DNA from: Candidatus Magasanikiibacteriota bacterium
GTDB taxonomy: Bacteria > Patescibacteriota > Patescibacteriia > Magasanikbacterales > JACTTX01
DNA length: 64,000 nt
Assembly (NCBI GenBank): GCA_015661005.1
Contig: JACTTX010000002.1
Span: forward strand, 856 to 64,855
Reading direction: 5' to 3'
Under the pieces are notes generated by a model. The model saw only the letters and a list, made by a program, of their open reading frames with translations. It ran no database searches and had not been told where the DNA came from. Shown piece by piece: positions 9,975 through 20,557 of the stretch. The position numbers and the translations under genes were made by a program. How positions within the stretch are numbered: position 1 is the stretch's first letter; every line of letters starts with the position of its first letter.

Positions 9975-10207
9975 ATAACGCGCCAACGTTTATCTTTGGA
10001 GAGCGGCCTAGTTTCCACAAACCGCACAACGCTTCCAACCGGATGCCCGCCTTTTTCATCATGAACTTTGTACTTTTTGGAAACGACGTACTGTTTGTGA
10101 TATTTGGGATGCGCTTTCGTCCGGTCAACCTTAACCACGATGGTCTTGACCATCTTATTGGAAACAACTGTTCCCGTAAATTCTCTTTTGTGTCCAGTAT
10201 GCTCCAT
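9971..10207 (-). CDS. rpsQ: 30S ribosomal protein S17
   Basis: 78-aa OB-fold sequence [16 protein letters not shown]....HPKYHK. Confidence 0.9.
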   Translation of the reverse strand: MEHTGHKREFTGTVVSNKMVKTIVVKVDRTKAHPKYHKQYVVSKKYKVHDEKGGHPVGSVVRFVETRPLSKDKRWRVI

Positions 10208-10224
10208 ATTCCGTTCGTAATGTT

Positions 10225-10422
10225 TTATGTTTTATGTTTTATGTTAGCTTTAAGAATAGTCAGCGCTTGCGCCACCGTTTTTTTGGCATCGCGATACTGA
10301 TGGGAACGTTTCATCTGCCCTTGCATTGACTTAAGTTTCAATTCCAACACACTCCGGCGGCTGTCCGCAAGAATCCGCTGTAACTCCGCTTCCGATTTTT
10401 CCCGCAATTCTTTCATCTTCAT
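10225..10422 (-). CDS. rpmC: 50S ribosomal protein L29
   Basis: MKMKELREKSEAELQRIL is the uL29 N-terminus. Start set to the internal Met of ORF 10225..10521. Confidence 0.85.
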   Translation of the reverse strand: MKMKELREKSEAELQRILADSRRSVLELKLKSMQGQMKRSHQYRDAKKTVAQALTILKANIKHKT

Positions 10423-10423
10423 A

Positions 10424-10837
10424 TTATTCTCTGGCCACCACTTTACTGGTAACCGGCAACTTATATCCGGCCAAATGCAGGGCTTTCTTGGCATCCGCTG
10501 ACGGCACACCGTCAATTTCAAACATCACGGTGCCCGCTTTCACGATAGCCACATAATGATCAACCGCGCCTTTTCCCTTGCCCATGGGCGTCTCCGATCC
10601 CTTTTGGGTGATGGGCTTGTCCGGAAAAATGCGGATCCAAACTTTTCCGCCGCGCTTCACAAAACCGGTAATGACACGCCGCGCCGCTTCAATCTGCCTT
10701 GAGCTTACCCAGCCATATTCCATGGACTTCAAGCCGAACGCGCCGAAAGCCACGGTCGTTTTGCTGGTGGCGATGCCGGTATTTCGACGCCGCCCTTTGT
10801 GCCATTTACGATGTTTAACTTTTTTTGGAAGCAACAT
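10424..10837 (-). CDS. rplP: 50S ribosomal protein L16
   Basis: [16 protein letters not shown] is the uL16 N-terminus. Confidence 0.93.
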   Translation of the reverse strand: MLLPKKVKHRKWHKGRRRNTGIATSKTTVAFGAFGLKSMEYGWVSSRQIEAARRVITGFVKRGGKVWIRIFPDKPITQKGSETPMGKGKGAVDHYVAIVKAGTVMFEIDGVPSADAKKALHLAGYKLPVTSKVVARE

Positions 10838-10846
10838 ATCTTAATT

Positions 10847-11551
10847 TCACGATTCAGTCCTGACCTTTTGTTTATCCTTTTGTTCACCGGCGCCGCGGAC
10901 AGTCGGTTTTTTCTTTTCTTCAAAGATATCCCCGCGATAAATCCAGACCTGAATGCCGATGGTGCCGTAAATTGTCCGGGCAATACCATACGCAAAATCA
11001 ATGTCGGCGCGCAAGCTGGTCAAGGGAATTTTTCCGCTGGCCAATTTTTCCGTACGCGCGATTTCCGCGCCGTTCAACCGTCCGGACATCCGCACTTTGA
11101 CACCATGGGCTCCGGCTTTCTCAATGCGATCAATCCCCATTTTCATCACGCGACGAAAAGGCATGCGTTTTTCAATATCCGTAATCATATTCTGCACCAC
11201 GATCGGCGCGGAAAGCGAGGGACGCGTAACTTCCTGAATGTTCAACTTGACATTGCCTTTGCCGAAGAATTTTTTCTGGAGCTTTTTGCGCAATTCTTCC
11301 GCGCCGGCGCCGCCCCGCCCAATCACGAACCCGGGCTTGGCCACGTTCAAAGTGATGGTTACTTCATGCTGATTGCGTTCAATCACCACGGAATCCAAAC
11401 CGGCGTCTTTCAGTTCACCGGTTAAAAATTCGCGGACATGAAAATCCTGCGCCAAAAGTTTTGGCATTTCTTTTTTACGCGAATACCATCGCGAGTCCCA
11501 AGTGCGGGTCATGCCAATGCGGAAAATTTTTGGGTGGACTTTGTGAGGCAT
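10847..11551 (-). CDS. rpsC: 30S ribosomal protein S3
   Basis: KH domain and MPHKVHPKIFRIGM N-terminus. Start set to the internal Met of ORF 10847..11629. Confidence 0.88.
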   Translation of the reverse strand: MPHKVHPKIFRIGMTRTWDSRWYSRKKEMPKLLAQDFHVREFLTGELKDAGLDSVVIERNQHEVTITLNVAKPGFVIGRGGAGAEELRKKLQKKFFGKGNVKLNIQEVTRPSLSAPIVVQNMITDIEKRMPFRRVMKMGIDRIEKAGAHGVKVRMSGRLNGAEIARTEKLASGKIPLTSLRADIDFAYGIARTIYGTIGIQVWIYRGDIFEEKKKPTVRGAGEQKDKQKVRTES

Positions 11552-11555
11552 ATAT

Positions 11556-11978
11556 TTACGCGATCTTTTTGACGCGCTGGACGCGTTTTTCTTTGTCGAC
11601 GCCGACGAATTTCTTTCCCGGACACGCAACCTTCATCTTTGGCGGTTCTGTGTCCAGCACGAGCATGATGTGCGAAGTGCGTTTTCTGATGGGTGCGGCC
11701 CGCCCATGCGCGCGCGGATGCGAACGTTTGAGTACCGGACCGCCGTCAACGTAAGCGGTTTTGACCCACAAGTCAGCGGCATTCAACTGCTGATTGTGTT
11801 CGGCGTTGGCAATGGCGGACTTGAGAAGTTTCCAAACCGGCTTGGCCGCGGCTTTCGGCATAAATTGCAGATGCGTCAAAGCGTCATTCACGCGTAAGCC
11901 GCGAACAACATCAACCACTAATCGCACCTTGCGGGGCGACATGCGGAGCATTCGGAGTTGTGCGCGGGTTTGACTCAT
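11556..11978 (-). CDS. rplV: 50S ribosomal protein L22
   Basis: uL22 fold; MSPRKVRLVVDVVRG at the N-terminus. Confidence 0.9.
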   Translation of the reverse strand: MSQTRAQLRMLRMSPRKVRLVVDVVRGLRVNDALTHLQFMPKAAAKPVWKLLKSAIANAEHNQQLNAADLWVKTAYVDGGPVLKRSHPRAHGRAAPIRKRTSHIMLVLDTEPPKMKVACPGKKFVGVDKEKRVQRVKKIA

Positions 11979-11981
11979 AAA

Positions 11982-12317
11982 TTATTTTTTACCCGGTCCA
12001 GCCGCAGGCGCTGGCGCGGCTTTGGTTCCTTCCGCTTGCTTGGTTTCCAATTCTTTCTGCATCTTACCGCCGTGGCGCGTGAACTTGCGGGTTGGCGAAA
12101 ATTCACCGAGCTTGTGTCCGACCATATTTTCCACCACATAGACGCTGATGAAATCGCGGCCATTGTGCACGGCAAAAGTGTGCCCGACCATTTCCGGGGT
12201 GATGGTGCTGGCGCGCGCCCACGTCTTCAAGACCTTCTTCTCACCCTGACGAAGATTTTGGACTTTTTTCATCAATTTTTGATCCGTGTACGGACCTTTC
12301 TTTAAACTTCGTGACAT
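11982..12317 (-). CDS. rpsS: 30S ribosomal protein S19
   Basis: [19 protein letters not shown]...[10 protein letters not shown]. Start set to the internal Met of ORF 11982..12497. Confidence 0.88.
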   Translation of the reverse strand: MSRSLKKGPYTDQKLMKKVQNLRQGEKKVLKTWARASTITPEMVGHTFAVHNGRDFISVYVVENMVGHKLGEFSPTRKFTRHGGKMQKELETKQAEGTKAAPAPAAGPGKK

Positions 12318-12318
12318 A

Positions 12319-13179
12319 TTATTTGACTTTGATGGCGCCTTCCACCTTCTGCCCGCCGCGGCGTTGAATGATGAATTTGTTTGACCATTTGTTGCGCCGA
12401 CGAGTTTTGATGCCAAATGCCGGTTTGCCCCAAACATTTTTTGGCGCCTTGAGACCAATCGGGTGCTTGCCTTCACCGCCGCCGTGCGGATGATCAACCG
12501 GATTCATGGCCTTGCCGCGAACGTGCGGACGAATGCCGCGCAAACGCATCCGGCCGGCCTTGCCCCAACGAATCAACCGACGATCCGGATTTCCCATCTG
12601 TCCAATTGAGGCGCGACAATCCTTGGCAACGGTGCGCATTTCTCCGGACGGCAGGCGCACGATGGCGTACTTTCCCTCAATGGCCATGAGTTCAGCGCTC
12701 AACCCGGCGCCGCGCACCATTTTTCCGCCGCGGCCCGCCGCGAGTTCAATAGAGTGTACCATGACGCCGGTCGGAATGAACGCCAGCGGCATACGGTTTC
12801 CGGTTTTCACTTCAATTTTTTTCTCTGACGAAAGCGCTTCATCCCCAACTTTTAATCCAAGCGGCGCCAAGATATAACGGCGTTCTTTATCAGCGTATTC
12901 CACTAGGGCAATTCTCGGGCCGCGGTTCGGGTCATATTCTATCGCGATAACTTTGGCCGGAGCGTCCAGTTTATCCTGCAAAAAATCCACGATGCGAATG
13001 AAGCGCTTGACACCGGCGCCGCGGCGGCGCACGGTAATTTTTCCGTTCATCCGTCCGGCCATTTCTTTTTTGAAGACAATTAAATTCTTCTCCGGTTCAA
13101 ACTTGGTGATGTCGGCAAAATCGTCAACCGAAGAAAAACGACGACCGGATTTATTTTTTTTGTGGAGTTTGACGGACAT
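12319..13179 (-). CDS. rplB: 50S ribosomal protein L2
   Basis: 286 aa with the GRNxxGxITxRxRGGGHKR-type motif near the C-terminus ([21 protein letters not shown]). Confidence 0.93.
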   Translation of the reverse strand: MSVKLHKKNKSGRRFSSVDDFADITKFEPEKNLIVFKKEMAGRMNGKITVRRRGAGVKRFIRIVDFLQDKLDAPAKVIAIEYDPNRGPRIALVEYADKERRYILAPLGLKVGDEALSSEKKIEVKTGNRMPLAFIPTGVMVHSIELAAGRGGKMVRGAGLSAELMAIEGKYAIVRLPSGEMRTVAKDCRASIGQMGNPDRRLIRWGKAGRMRLRGIRPHVRGKAMNPVDHPHGGGEGKHPIGLKAPKNVWGKPAFGIKTRRRNKWSNKFIIQRRGGQKVEGAIKVK

Positions 13180-13217
13180 AGGGGTTAGAAGCCGGAAGTT
13201 GGAGAATGGAAGTGGAA

Positions 13218-13658
13218 TTAGACGCCCTCGTGCAGGGTTAACGTTTCTCCCTTCTTCAGCGTGACGATAGCGTGTTTGCGCACGCTGCGTTTTCCGGTCA
13301 AGCGTCCATAATGGACAACTTTGGCCGGCAAACGCACCATGCGCACTTGAATTGGGTGGACGCCGTAAAGACGTTGCACCGCTTTGGCGACTTCATTTTT
13401 ATTAACGCCGTCATCAACGATAAACGTGTACACGCCGAACTGTTCGCGCCCGGCGCTTTTTTCCGTCACGTGCACGCCGCGGATCAGATGCAAAGGAATG
13501 GCGGCCGTCTCTTTGATGGCCGTCAAGACGGCCTCCGGTTTTTTTTCCGCCAAATCCGCCACCGCTTTTTTCTCCGCCACGGTTTGAACCGAACCGACCG
13601 CGCCTTTGCCCGGTTCTTCTTTTTTCTTTCCTTTTTTGAAGATATCAAACCAGCCCAT
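13218..13658 (-). CDS. rplW: 50S ribosomal protein L23 with N-terminal Lys/Glu/Ala-rich extension
   Basis: uL23 core (AIPLHLIRGVHVTEKS...KVVHYGR) preceded by a ~50-aa charged extension. Start set at the internal Met (MGWFDIF). Confidence 0.8.
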   Translation of the reverse strand: MGWFDIFKKGKKKEEPGKGAVGSVQTVAEKKAVADLAEKKPEAVLTAIKETAAIPLHLIRGVHVTEKSAGREQFGVYTFIVDDGVNKNEVAKAVQRLYGVHPIQVRMVRLPAKVVHYGRLTGKRSVRKHAIVTLKKGETLTLHEGV

Positions 13659-13659
13659 A

Positions 13660-14295
13660 TTATGACAAACGTTTTTCCAGCGCTTTAACGGCCTCAACAC
13701 TCAAAATCACATAATCATTATTGATGAGTGACAAGATATCCGCGTTCCGCGCTTCTTCGGCGGTGATCTTGGGAATGTTTTTCACGATTCGCACCAGACC
13801 GCGATCCAATACCGGCGTCAGCACCAATGTTTTCCGTCCGCTTCCCGGAAGCGCGGCGCGCACTTTGGAAAACCATTTGGTTTTAAGCTCAACCGGTTTC
13901 AAATCATCAACCACAATCAGTCGTTCGGTTTTTGCTTTATCCGTCATCACCATGCGCAAAGCCACTTTAGCCAGACCGTGATTGATCTTGCGCTTATAAT
14001 TTTCCGCGTTGCGCGGACCCCAGACTACGCCGCCGCCCTTCCAGATTGGCGAACGGATGGAACCATGACGAGCGCGACCAGTGCCCTTCTGCGCCCAAGG
14101 TTTCTTGCCGCCGCCCTTAACTTCCCCTCTGGTTTTGGTATGGGCCGTGCCTTGACGGGCATTCCCGGCGGCCGCTGTCACGACTTCATGAACAACGCCG
14201 GGTTTTATAATCGCGCCAAACACACGATCCGAGAGTTCAACTTCTCCGATCGTTTGTCCGGCGAGATTGTAGAGTTTTGTTTTCATATCAGACAA
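13660..14295 (-). CDS. rplD: 50S ribosomal protein L4
   Basis: uL4 motifs (KPWAQKGTGRARHGSIRSPIWKGGG); position between L3 and L23. Confidence 0.9.
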   Translation of the reverse strand: MSDMKTKLYNLAGQTIGEVELSDRVFGAIIKPGVVHEVVTAAAGNARQGTAHTKTRGEVKGGGKKPWAQKGTGRARHGSIRSPIWKGGGVVWGPRNAENYKRKINHGLAKVALRMVMTDKAKTERLIVVDDLKPVELKTKWFSKVRAALPGSGRKTLVLTPVLDRGLVRIVKNIPKITAEEARNADILSLINNDYVILSVEAVKALEKRLS

Positions 14296-14304
14296 CAGAT
14301 AACA

Positions 14305-15021
14305 TTAGACGGATGGAGGGACGGTTTGCTCCGGCGCCGCCGACACCACTTCTTCTGCCGACGCCGCTTCCGGCGCCGTTTCAGCTTGCGGGGCAACCTC
14401 AACCTGCAATTCTCCCGGCCCTTTGATGATGAGCAGTGATCCAAAAGCGCCCGGCACCGCGCCTTTCAAAAGCAGTTCGTTTTTCTCCGCATCAATAGCC
14501 ACGACTTCCAAATTTTTAATGGTCACGCGTTCGCCGCCCATTCGTCCGGCCATGCGCACGCCTTTGAAAACCCGTTGCACGCCGCCGGCGCCGATGGCGC
14601 CCGGCGCGCGCAGGTTGTCTTTGTGTCCATGCGAGGCCGGACCGCCGGCAAAATGATGGCGCTTGACAACACCGGCAAACCCTTTTCCTTTGGAGGTGCC
14701 AATCACTTCCACCATATCTCCGGGCGCGAATGTTTTAACGGTGATGATCGCGCCACGCGTTATGTTCTCTCCAATTTTTTCCGGTTGAATGTCGCGCAAA
14801 AAACGCATTGGGGCAAGACCTTTCAGATGTCCCAGTTGGGGTTTAGCCAAATTTCTGGAAGAAGCAAAACCAATCTGGACGGCGGCGACGCCATCCTTCT
14901 CTTTGGTTTTGACTTGCGTGATGACACAAGGTCCGGCGGCCACTTTGGTAACCGGCCAAACTGTTCCGTCATCGCGGAAAACCTGTGACATCATCATTTT
15001 TTTCCCCAGGATCGCTTTCAT
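14305..15021 (-). CDS. rplC: 50S ribosomal protein L3 with Ala/Glu/Pro-rich C-terminal tail
   Basis: uL3 core (MKAILGKKMMMSQVF...GKGFAGVVKRHHF) followed by an acidic low-complexity tail. ATG at 15021 chosen inside ORF 14305..15171. Confidence 0.85.
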   Translation of the reverse strand: MKAILGKKMMMSQVFRDDGTVWPVTKVAAGPCVITQVKTKEKDGVAAVQIGFASSRNLAKPQLGHLKGLAPMRFLRDIQPEKIGENITRGAIITVKTFAPGDMVEVIGTSKGKGFAGVVKRHHFAGGPASHGHKDNLRAPGAIGAGGVQRVFKGVRMAGRMGGERVTIKNLEVVAIDAEKNELLLKGAVPGAFGSLLIIKGPGELQVEVAPQAETAPEAASAEEVVSAAPEQTVPPSV

Positions 15022-15188
15022 ATCTATCCGGCTTTTATGTTTTAAACAAAAAGCCAGAAGTCGTTTCACCACGATTGGACGTGATGGAGCGGCTTCTCGG
15101 CCTTTCGTCTTCCTCACCCCAAGGGTATCCGCTTTCCTGCCCGGACCCGTCAGGGTTTTTGCGAACGGCATTCTTAATTGACAATCTA

Positions 15189-15542
15189 TTACATTTTAAT
15201 TTCTATGTCAACACCGGCCGGCAGATTTAAACTCATCAAGGCATCAATGGTCTTTGGCGTTGGATCAATGATGTCAATTAATCTTTTGTGCACGCGCATT
15301 TCATATTGCTCGCGCGCGTCCTTATGCACAAAACTGGAACGGTTCACCGTGTATTTGGATTTCTCCGTGGGCAGTGGCACCGGCCCGACCACTTGGGCGC
15401 CACTGCGTTCAGCGGTATCCATAATGGTTTTAGTGGCCGCGTCAATGATCTTGTGATCATAAGCGCGAATCTTTATACGGATCCGCTGACCGTTGCCGGT
15501 TTCTTCTTTTTTCTTAACTTGTGTGGCTGTTGCTTCCGCCAT
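15189..15542 (-). CDS. rpsJ: 30S ribosomal protein S10
   Basis: [16 protein letters not shown]...[19 protein letters not shown] is the uS10 signature. Confidence 0.92.
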   Translation of the reverse strand: MAEATATQVKKKEETGNGQRIRIKIRAYDHKIIDAATKTIMDTAERSGAQVVGPVPLPTEKSKYTVNRSSFVHKDAREQYEMRVHKRLIDIIDPTPKTIDALMSLNLPAGVDIEIKM

Positions 15543-15607
15543 ACGGCTGGAATATCCAGTTTATGAACTCTGAAGCCCGCCGCTATTCTGCGACGGGCTT
15601 CCAACAA

Positions 15608-16798
15608 TTACTTAATTATCTTCACGACCGCGCCCGCGCCCACGGTTTTGCCGCCTTCGCGAATGGCGAAACGTTGTTTCTCTTCAAGCGCCACCGGCGT
15701 GATCAGCTTGACCGTGATGTCCACCGTGTCGCCGGGCATCACCATTTCCGTGCCGGCCGGCAAGGTTACTTCACCGGTCACGTCTGTGGTGCGCATATAA
15801 AACTGCGGCTTGTAACCGTTCATAAACGGCTTGTGACGTCCGCCTTCCTCTTTGGTCAGCGCATAAACCTGCGTTTCAAATTCCGTGTGCGGTGTCACAC
15901 TTCCCGGCTTGGCCAAAACCATGCCGCGTTCCACTTCATCTTTCTTGGTGCCACGCAACAAGAGTCCGGCGTTGTCACCAGCGCGACCTTCATCCAACTG
16001 CTTATTGAACATTTCAATGCCGGTCACCACGGTTTTGCGCGTTTCCGCCAAACCGACGATTTCCACTTCTTCATTGATATTAATCTTTCCGCGCTCAATA
16101 CGTCCGGTTACCACCGTGCCGCGGCCTTCAATGGAGAAGACATCTTCAATCGGCATGAGGAACGGTTTGTCTACATCGCGCTGTGGTTCAGGAATGTATG
16201 TATCCAGAGTGCTGATCAAATCCAAAATTGGTTTGGAAGCGACTTCATCCGAGGGATTCTCCAGCGCTTTCAAAGCCGAACCGCGGATGATTGGCGTGGT
16301 GTCCCCAGGGAATTGGTATTTTTTCAAAAGGTCTTTGATTTCCTCTTCCACCAAATCAATGAGTTCCGGATCCGACACTTGGTCAACTTTATTCAAAAAT
16401 ACCACGATGTAAGGCACACCAACCTGACGAGCGAGCAAAATGTGCTCACGGGTCTGGGGCATGGGGCCGTCCGCGGCGGAAACCACAAGAATGGCGGCAT
16501 CCATTTGCGCCGCGCCGGTGATCATGTTTTTAACGTAGTCAGCGTGACCCGGACAATCAACGTGCGCATAATGGCGCGCCGCCGACTCATACTCAACGTG
16601 AGCCGTGGCAATGGTGATGCCGCGGGCTTTTTCTTCCGGCGCGGCGTCAATTTCATCAACTTTCTTATCTTGAGCCGTCATGCCGTGGGCCTTCAAAACC
16701 TGAAGAATGGCCGCGGTTAAAGTTGTTTTACCGTGATCAACGTGACCGATCGTGCCCACATTGACGTGGGGCTTGGTGCGTTCAAACTTTCCTGCCAT
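15608..16798 (-). CDS. tuf: elongation factor Tu
   Basis: 396 aa; [11 protein letters not shown]1 motif, [12 protein letters not shown]. Confidence 0.97.
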   Translation of the reverse strand: MAGKFERTKPHVNVGTIGHVDHGKTTLTAAILQVLKAHGMTAQDKKVDEIDAAPEEKARGITIATAHVEYESAARHYAHVDCPGHADYVKNMITGAAQMDAAILVVSAADGPMPQTREHILLARQVGVPYIVVFLNKVDQVSDPELIDLVEEEIKDLLKKYQFPGDTTPIIRGSALKALENPSDEVASKPILDLISTLDTYIPEPQRDVDKPFLMPIEDVFSIEGRGTVVTGRIERGKININEEVEIVGLAETRKTVVTGIEMFNKQLDEGRAGDNAGLLLRGTKKDEVERGMVLAKPGSVTPHTEFETQVYALTKEEGGRHKPFMNGYKPQFYMRTTDVTGEVTLPAGTEMVMPGDTVDITVKLITPVALEEKQRFAIREGGKTVGAGAVVKIIK

Positions 16799-16905
16799 AT
16801 TATTGGTATTTTAGGATTTTTTGAGTGAATAAAAGAGACGGCCGCAAGTATAACAGAGGGATAAAAATCGTGCAAGTGGGGCTGTGGAATAATTGCCGAG
16901 CGGGT

Positions 16906-17391
16906 TTACTCCACCGGCTCAAAAAAGAATTGCGTTTCCGTTTTCTTTTCTTCTTTTTCCGGCCCCAAAGCCGCTGGCGATTCTTCATCTTGCGTCTCCA
17001 TCAAAATATCTCTAAGCGCGGACAACCCGCTCCAAGCCGGAGCCGCGACCGGTTCCAAGTATTGCGGTTCTTCTGAAGGTGTCACTTCTAAAGGTGCCAC
17101 TTCTAAATTTTCTCTTACAGACGCCGCCAAATCCTCCGTCGTTTTTTCTTTCTTTTGAGTTTCTCTCCAGAGCGCCACATCGCGATTGATTTTATCAATC
17201 AACTGTTCACCGCCGGTTTCTATTGGCGCCGCCGGAGCCGCCGAGTTTCCGTCCACTGCGGGCAAAACTAACCGTTCATATTCAGGCACGGTCATGACGA
17301 CGTAGGAATTATCACCGTCAATCACAATGGCGCGATCTCCGGTTTTTTGAATGAGTTTAAGGAGGCGTTCAATGGGAAACATAGTGAACAT
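16906..17391 (-). CDS. hypothetical protein, Phd/YefM-like N-terminal fold followed by an acidic disordered tail
   Basis: N-terminus ERLLKLIQKTGDRAIVIDGDNSYVVMTVPEYERL resembles the Phd/YefM antitoxin fold. The rest is E/P/A-rich. A sigma70-like promoter (TTGACT-17-TAAAAT) lies about 30 nt upstream. Confidence 0.4.
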   Translation of the reverse strand: MFTMFPIERLLKLIQKTGDRAIVIDGDNSYVVMTVPEYERLVLPAVDGNSAAPAAPIETGGEQLIDKINRDVALWRETQKKEKTTEDLAASVRENLEVAPLEVTPSEEPQYLEPVAAPAWSGLSALRDILMETQDEESPAALGPEKEEKKTETQFFFEPVE

Positions 17392-17515
17392 AGTGTGGTT
17401 ATTTTAAAACCTTTATGAATACGAGTCAAATAATTAGGTTTACCGCCATCATTGACTTTCAATCTTTTAATATGATATACTCGCATTGTAGGTAATCCCT
17501 ACCGGATTTTGATCA

Positions 17516-17550
17516 AGGCCCGCCCCGCCAGGGGCTGGCCTTTGAAATTT
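17516..17550. terminator. GC-rich hairpin plus T-run, possible intrinsic terminator
   Basis: GGCCCGCCCC-gcca-GGGGCTGGCC stem followed by TTTGAAATTTT, immediately 3' of the NYN gene stop. Confidence 0.4.
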
Positions 17551-18161
17551 TATCGTCTCTGGAAACGATCCATATCTAAGCGATATTTAAAATCGTCGGC
17601 ATACAAAAGTCTCTGAATCACCCCATCTTTTACAGCATCGACAACTTCTCGCCCCACATGTCCGCGGGCACCAAATACATAGGACATCTTACGAAACGCA
17701 TCTCTCAAGTATCTAAGCGCATATACTAAATCGCCATCGCCAGAAAATAAAACAATGTCATCGTACTGATCACGCAAACGTATCAAATCCACTGCCATTT
17801 CAACATCAAAATCGCATTTCTTTTCATACCCGTTCGCCTTCAACGAATCATGAATATATTTTACCGGCTTTGTGATCACTTCAAAGCGATTCATGTTAGC
17901 CCGATTCAAAATACTAGCGGACCACAAAGAAAGTGTCGTTGATCGTTCTTTGGGTCCGAAATCGGAACCATAATAAAAGCGACGTAGTTCTTTATTGCCG
18001 TAGGAAAAAATCTTCACCAACCGCGATAGTTCCTGAATACCAACTTTCCATCCAAGATTTTCCTTCCATTTATCAACATTCCCGAAATCAACCACAACAA
18101 TAATGCGTTCCTGTTTTTGCGTAAACGAGTTAAGAAAAGTTGTAATCTCCGCAGGATTCAT
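17550..18161 (-). CDS. NYN/LabA-like (PIN-like) domain protein
   Basis: IIVVVDFGNV N-terminal acidic motif and the DIVLFSGDGDLVYALRYL 'SGDGD' motif of the LabA/NYN (DUF88) family. AT-rich gene. Confidence 0.6.
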   Translation of the reverse strand: MNPAEITTFLNSFTQKQERIIVVVDFGNVDKWKENLGWKVGIQELSRLVKIFSYGNKELRRFYYGSDFGPKERSTTLSLWSASILNRANMNRFEVITKPVKYIHDSLKANGYEKKCDFDVEMAVDLIRLRDQYDDIVLFSGDGDLVYALRYLRDAFRKMSYVFGARGHVGREVVDAVKDGVIQRLLYADDFKYRLDMDRFQRR

Positions 18162-18212
18162 ATATCGACTTTAGGAGATTATGACGAATCATTTAAGAGA
18201 GGCCGTCGTTCT

Positions 18213-19376
18213 TCAAAACAACGGCGCCGGAATGCCGAGATTCAGTGATTTAATGTCCGTTACATTTAACGGAATGGCGCCGGTGATGGCTTCCCAACCG
18301 TTTGGCGTCTGTTTTACATAGACACGCGCGACATCATCTCCCGCATAGGTCTGCACACCAACGCGAGCGTAGGATCCCAAAATTTGTTCCGTGTGGGCAA
18401 AGGCTTTTTGTTTGTACTCCGGGTCAGCGTTAATTTTTGCTTGCGCCGCTTTTTCCATTTTTTGTTTCTCGCCGGAATCAAGCTCATCGGTTTGATCGCG
18501 ATACAAAATCATTTCCGACGGCAAACGATAATCACCGGTTGATTTCCAATCATTTAATTTCCAAAGCAGAGTGCCGTCTTTTTGATAATTCAAGGAGGCC
18601 GCGCCGAGAACTTTTTCCGTTCCAACAATGCGAAAATTCACGGAAGAATTGTTTGGAACGGTGAACTCGCCGCTCATATCTCCTTCCAAAGTGCGAATGG
18701 CCGGAGCCGCGGCGGATAAAACCGCCACTAATTTGCCGCTGAATCTTGTCCCGGCCTGTTGGCTGTTCAAGACAACGGAATTGGTGGCGGGCGCGCCGTC
18801 AAAAGTCGTAACTTCAAGACCCGTCCATTTGCCGACGTATTTTTCCGGCGCAATGATGGCTTCTGCCGATGGAACCGTTGGCGCCGCCGCCGCTGATTTT
18901 TCCGCAATGGACGCAAAAACGCCGCGTGAGTCCGCATCATCCGTCACATACTCGGCATAAAAACGGTACGACGGTAAAATTTTGCGCGCCGTTTTTACGA
19001 TTTCCGGTTTGGCGGCCTTTTCAAAATCCGTTCGCGCGTCTTGGTTGTCCGCCTTGTCCGGCACAATGTAGATCCAAAGATGATTTTTATCTAAACCCTC
19101 ACCCGAAAAAATCCGAAAAGTATTTATTTTCATTGAAGTCACCCACGATGGATTGGCCGCCAGCGCATAACCCCAATACTTCGGGAGATTGATGGTGGAT
19201 GATTCACCGTAAGAATCGTCAAAAAAATCAACGCGCTCCCCGACTTCAGCGCTTGGCGCCGCGCTGGCCGCCGCCGGACTCTTTGACGGTTCAGTGGTTG
19301 GGCCGGTTTTCCCGCATCCGGCGCCAAGGAGCATCAACATTGTAAACGCGCTAACCAATAAAAATATTTTTTTCAT
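18213..19376 (-). CDS. lipoprotein, hypothetical
   Basis: Signal peptide with lipobox LLGAGC, then an Ala/Pro/Ser linker. Confidence 0.6.
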   Translation of the reverse strand: MKKIFLLVSAFTMLMLLGAGCGKTGPTTEPSKSPAAASAAPSAEVGERVDFFDDSYGESSTINLPKYWGYALAANPSWVTSMKINTFRIFSGEGLDKNHLWIYIVPDKADNQDARTDFEKAAKPEIVKTARKILPSYRFYAEYVTDDADSRGVFASIAEKSAAAAPTVPSAEAIIAPEKYVGKWTGLEVTTFDGAPATNSVVLNSQQAGTRFSGKLVAVLSAAAPAIRTLEGDMSGEFTVPNNSSVNFRIVGTEKVLGAASLNYQKDGTLLWKLNDWKSTGDYRLPSEMILYRDQTDELDSGEKQKMEKAAQAKINADPEYKQKAFAHTEQILGSYARVGVQTYAGDDVARVYVKQTPNGWEAITGAIPLNVTDIKSLNLGIPAPLF

Positions 19377-19492
19377 AATTTTTTGATCAAAATTATTCGC
19401 GCCTTCTTGTCGGCTTTTTTCTTTAATTTATTTGCGGCAACTAATCCTCCGGTTCCGCCGCCTAAAATGATGACTGTTTTTTGATCGGCCAT
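19373..19492 (-). pseudogene. remnant (39 codons) of an FAD/NAD(P)-binding oxidoreductase N-terminus (sulfide:quinone oxidoreductase / NDH-2-like)
   Basis: MADQKTVIILGGGTGGLVAANKLKKK is a Rossmann GxGxxG dinucleotide-binding start. It ends after 39 codons with a TGA that overlaps the lipoprotein ATG, and its start overlaps the pyrD stop. Confidence 0.5.
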
Positions 19493-19494
19493 AG

Positions 19495-20556
19495 TTATTG
19501 ATTAATCCCTTTATTTATTTCTCCGATAAGCTGAGGGCCTTCGTAAATCATTCCTGTTATCAATTGAATCAAGTCCGCTCCTGCGCTCAATCTTTCTCGC
19601 GCATCGTCTGCCGAGAAAATGCCGCCACAACCGACAATCACCACATTCTTACCAAAGACATCCCTGGTGTGCTTAATGAGTCTTTTCGAATTTTCGGCCG
19701 TCGGTTTGCCGCTAAAATTGCCTTTTACGTCTTTAACTCTGAAAATTTCTTTCTTGTCAAACGCCTGATTGTTTCTGTCTTTGACAAGATTAGAAAAAAT
19801 AAAACCACGAATGCCATTCTCTAAGGCCGAGCGTACCAACGTATCACTTTTGTCAAAATCGATTTCATTTGGCATTTTTACGAATATAGGTTGTGTTATA
19901 CCGCAAGAAGCCACAGCTTGGACAAGCTCCTTAAAATTTTTTAGATTAGAAAATGATTCCGACATTACCGCGTTAGGACAGCTTATATTCAGTTCAAAAT
20001 ATTTGACATAGGGTTTATCTTTGAATATGCGAAAAGTCTCCAAATAGTCATCTATGGCTTTGTTGATAGTGTTGACATCTGGAACATTGGAACTCCCCAC
20101 GCTTATACCGATCAAATGCCCCTCTAATCTTTTCCCATCTAAACGCTTGGCAACAGCTTCTGCTCCATCTGATTTAAAACCTTTATTCACCAAAATCGAT
20201 TTTGATCGTGGAAGTCGCGCAAGACGCGGCGGCTTGTTCCCCGCATATTTTTGCGCCGTTACTGTTCCCACTGTATTAAAACCAAACCCCACATGCCTCA
20301 TAACTTTTGCTAAATGTCCATTATAATCAAAACCAGCCGCCAGACCAACAAAACTTTCAAATTCCAAGCCCAAAATATTCTTTTTGATAGTTTTCTCTCC
20401 GCGCGGCAATAAAAAGCCTAGCGGCCATTTCCGATTCTCAAGACCTTCACCGATTTGCGTCACCATATTATGAACAAACTCGGCATCCAATTGGAAAAGC
20501 GCGGGCTTGATGAGATTTTTATACAAAACGCCGACTATTTTATTGTTCATATTCAA
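19495..20556 (-). CDS. pyrD: dihydroorotate dehydrogenase (quinone), class 2
   Basis: Close parallel to E. coli PyrD: KPALFQLDAEFVH, GLEFESFVGLAAGFDYNG, GFGFNTVGTVTAQKYAGNKPPRLARL, ELNISCPN, IVGCGGIFSADDARERLSAGADLIQLITGMIYEGPQLIGEI. Confidence 0.85.
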   Translation of the reverse strand: MNMNNKIVGVLYKNLIKPALFQLDAEFVHNMVTQIGEGLENRKWPLGFLLPRGEKTIKKNILGLEFESFVGLAAGFDYNGHLAKVMRHVGFGFNTVGTVTAQKYAGNKPPRLARLPRSKSILVNKGFKSDGAEAVAKRLDGKRLEGHLIGISVGSSNVPDVNTINKAIDDYLETFRIFKDKPYVKYFELNISCPNAVMSESFSNLKNFKELVQAVASCGITQPIFVKMPNEIDFDKSDTLVRSALENGIRGFIFSNLVKDRNNQAFDKKEIFRVKDVKGNFSGKPTAENSKRLIKHTRDVFGKNVVIVGCGGIFSADDARERLSAGADLIQLITGMIYEGPQLIGEINKGINQ

Positions 20557-20557
20557 T

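Noticed and set aside
162-16412. Numerous plus-strand ORFs overlapping the ribosomal protein, secY, tuf and aaRS genes (for example 15521..16720, 7520..8254, 8785..9459)
   Set aside because: They lie antisense to strongly supported conserved genes, have Arg/His/Cys-rich or low-complexity translations, and have no motifs. They were treated as spurious frames.
17391-17550. NYN (PIN-like) plus Phd-like as a toxin-antitoxin pair
   Set aside because: The gene order is nuclease first, and the two genes are separated by 158 nt containing an independent promoter and a hairpin. The Phd-like similarity covers only ~35 residues.
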